A DNA stretch of 64,000 nt, taken from NCBI RefSeq assembly GCF_902713615.1, contig NW_024055447.1, positions 923,072 to 987,071 on the forward strand, given 5' to 3'. Below are positions 63,538 to 64,000 of this stretch, in pieces. Position numbers and translations under genes: made by a program. The stretch is from Scyliorhinus canicula. Its lineage: Eukaryota. Below the pieces are notes generated by a model that ran no database searches, was not told where the DNA came from, and was given only the letters and a program-made list of their open reading frames with translations. Positions within the stretch are counted from its first letter, which is position 1, and each line of letters opens with the position of its first letter.

Positions 63538-64000
63538 AGGGAACAGCGCTTACCGCACTGACCGAGAATAGTAAACTGTGCATCCTTATTGCACTGAAGA
63601 CCCTTCTATTGTCAGAGTGCTATTCAACTGAAAACTTAGACAAGTGGCGGAGAAATCGATCCGACATTAGAATCATCAAATATCACAGCATATTAGAAAA
63701 CCATTCAGAATGAACACGTGTGAACTCTGACTGCGATTCCTGCCAGTCTCCATCACAGAGTATTTTGCAGGGGCAGGGTATCAGTTGAACTTTGCGGGTG
63801 TAAGGTAATGCATTCGCTTAACTATTGAACAACAAATAGCAAGGATACAACTCGTCTGCAAATTAGACGAGTAAGGTCAATAATGTTCCGAATAAGGGAC
63901 ATTCCCCTCACCATTGCCCCCCCTCCCCCCTTCCCCCCAGCTGAGCAATCTGCTCCCTGTTCCTCCTGTCCTTTGGCTCCCTGCTTACCTTTGTTCTGCC

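Overview
This is cartilaginous-fish (shark) genomic DNA, judged from the dense HE1-type V-SINEs, CR1/L2/Rex1/Penelope relics and the Ig isotype. It has three zones. (1) 1-6.5 kb: the 3' end of an Ig heavy-chain gene, most likely IgW. It includes the last constant-domain exon with secretory tailpiece, TM1 and TM2 exons, two poly(A) regions, and a 52-bp minisatellite in the secretory-to-TM intron. (2) 6.9-56 kb: a cluster of C2H2 zinc-finger genes with no KRAB/SCAN/BTB domain visible. Four ORFs are intact, one has a single +1 frameshift, two are pseudogenes and three are 5' relics. They are associated with CpG-rich YY1/NRF1/GC-box promoters and were partly built by inverted duplications. (3) 57-64 kb: a decayed tRNA cluster (three Val pseudogenes and an Arg gene missing its anticodon arm), a strong CTCF-type motif, a palindromic Penelope-derived insertion carrying hammerhead-ribozyme motifs, and a 69-bp minisatellite whose single-copy ancestor is visible in an inverted duplicate. 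All calls were made by eye. No database search was run, family names come from recalled motifs, and repeat boundaries are approximate. I found no clearly new protein-coding system; the best leads are RNA-level and evolutionary.
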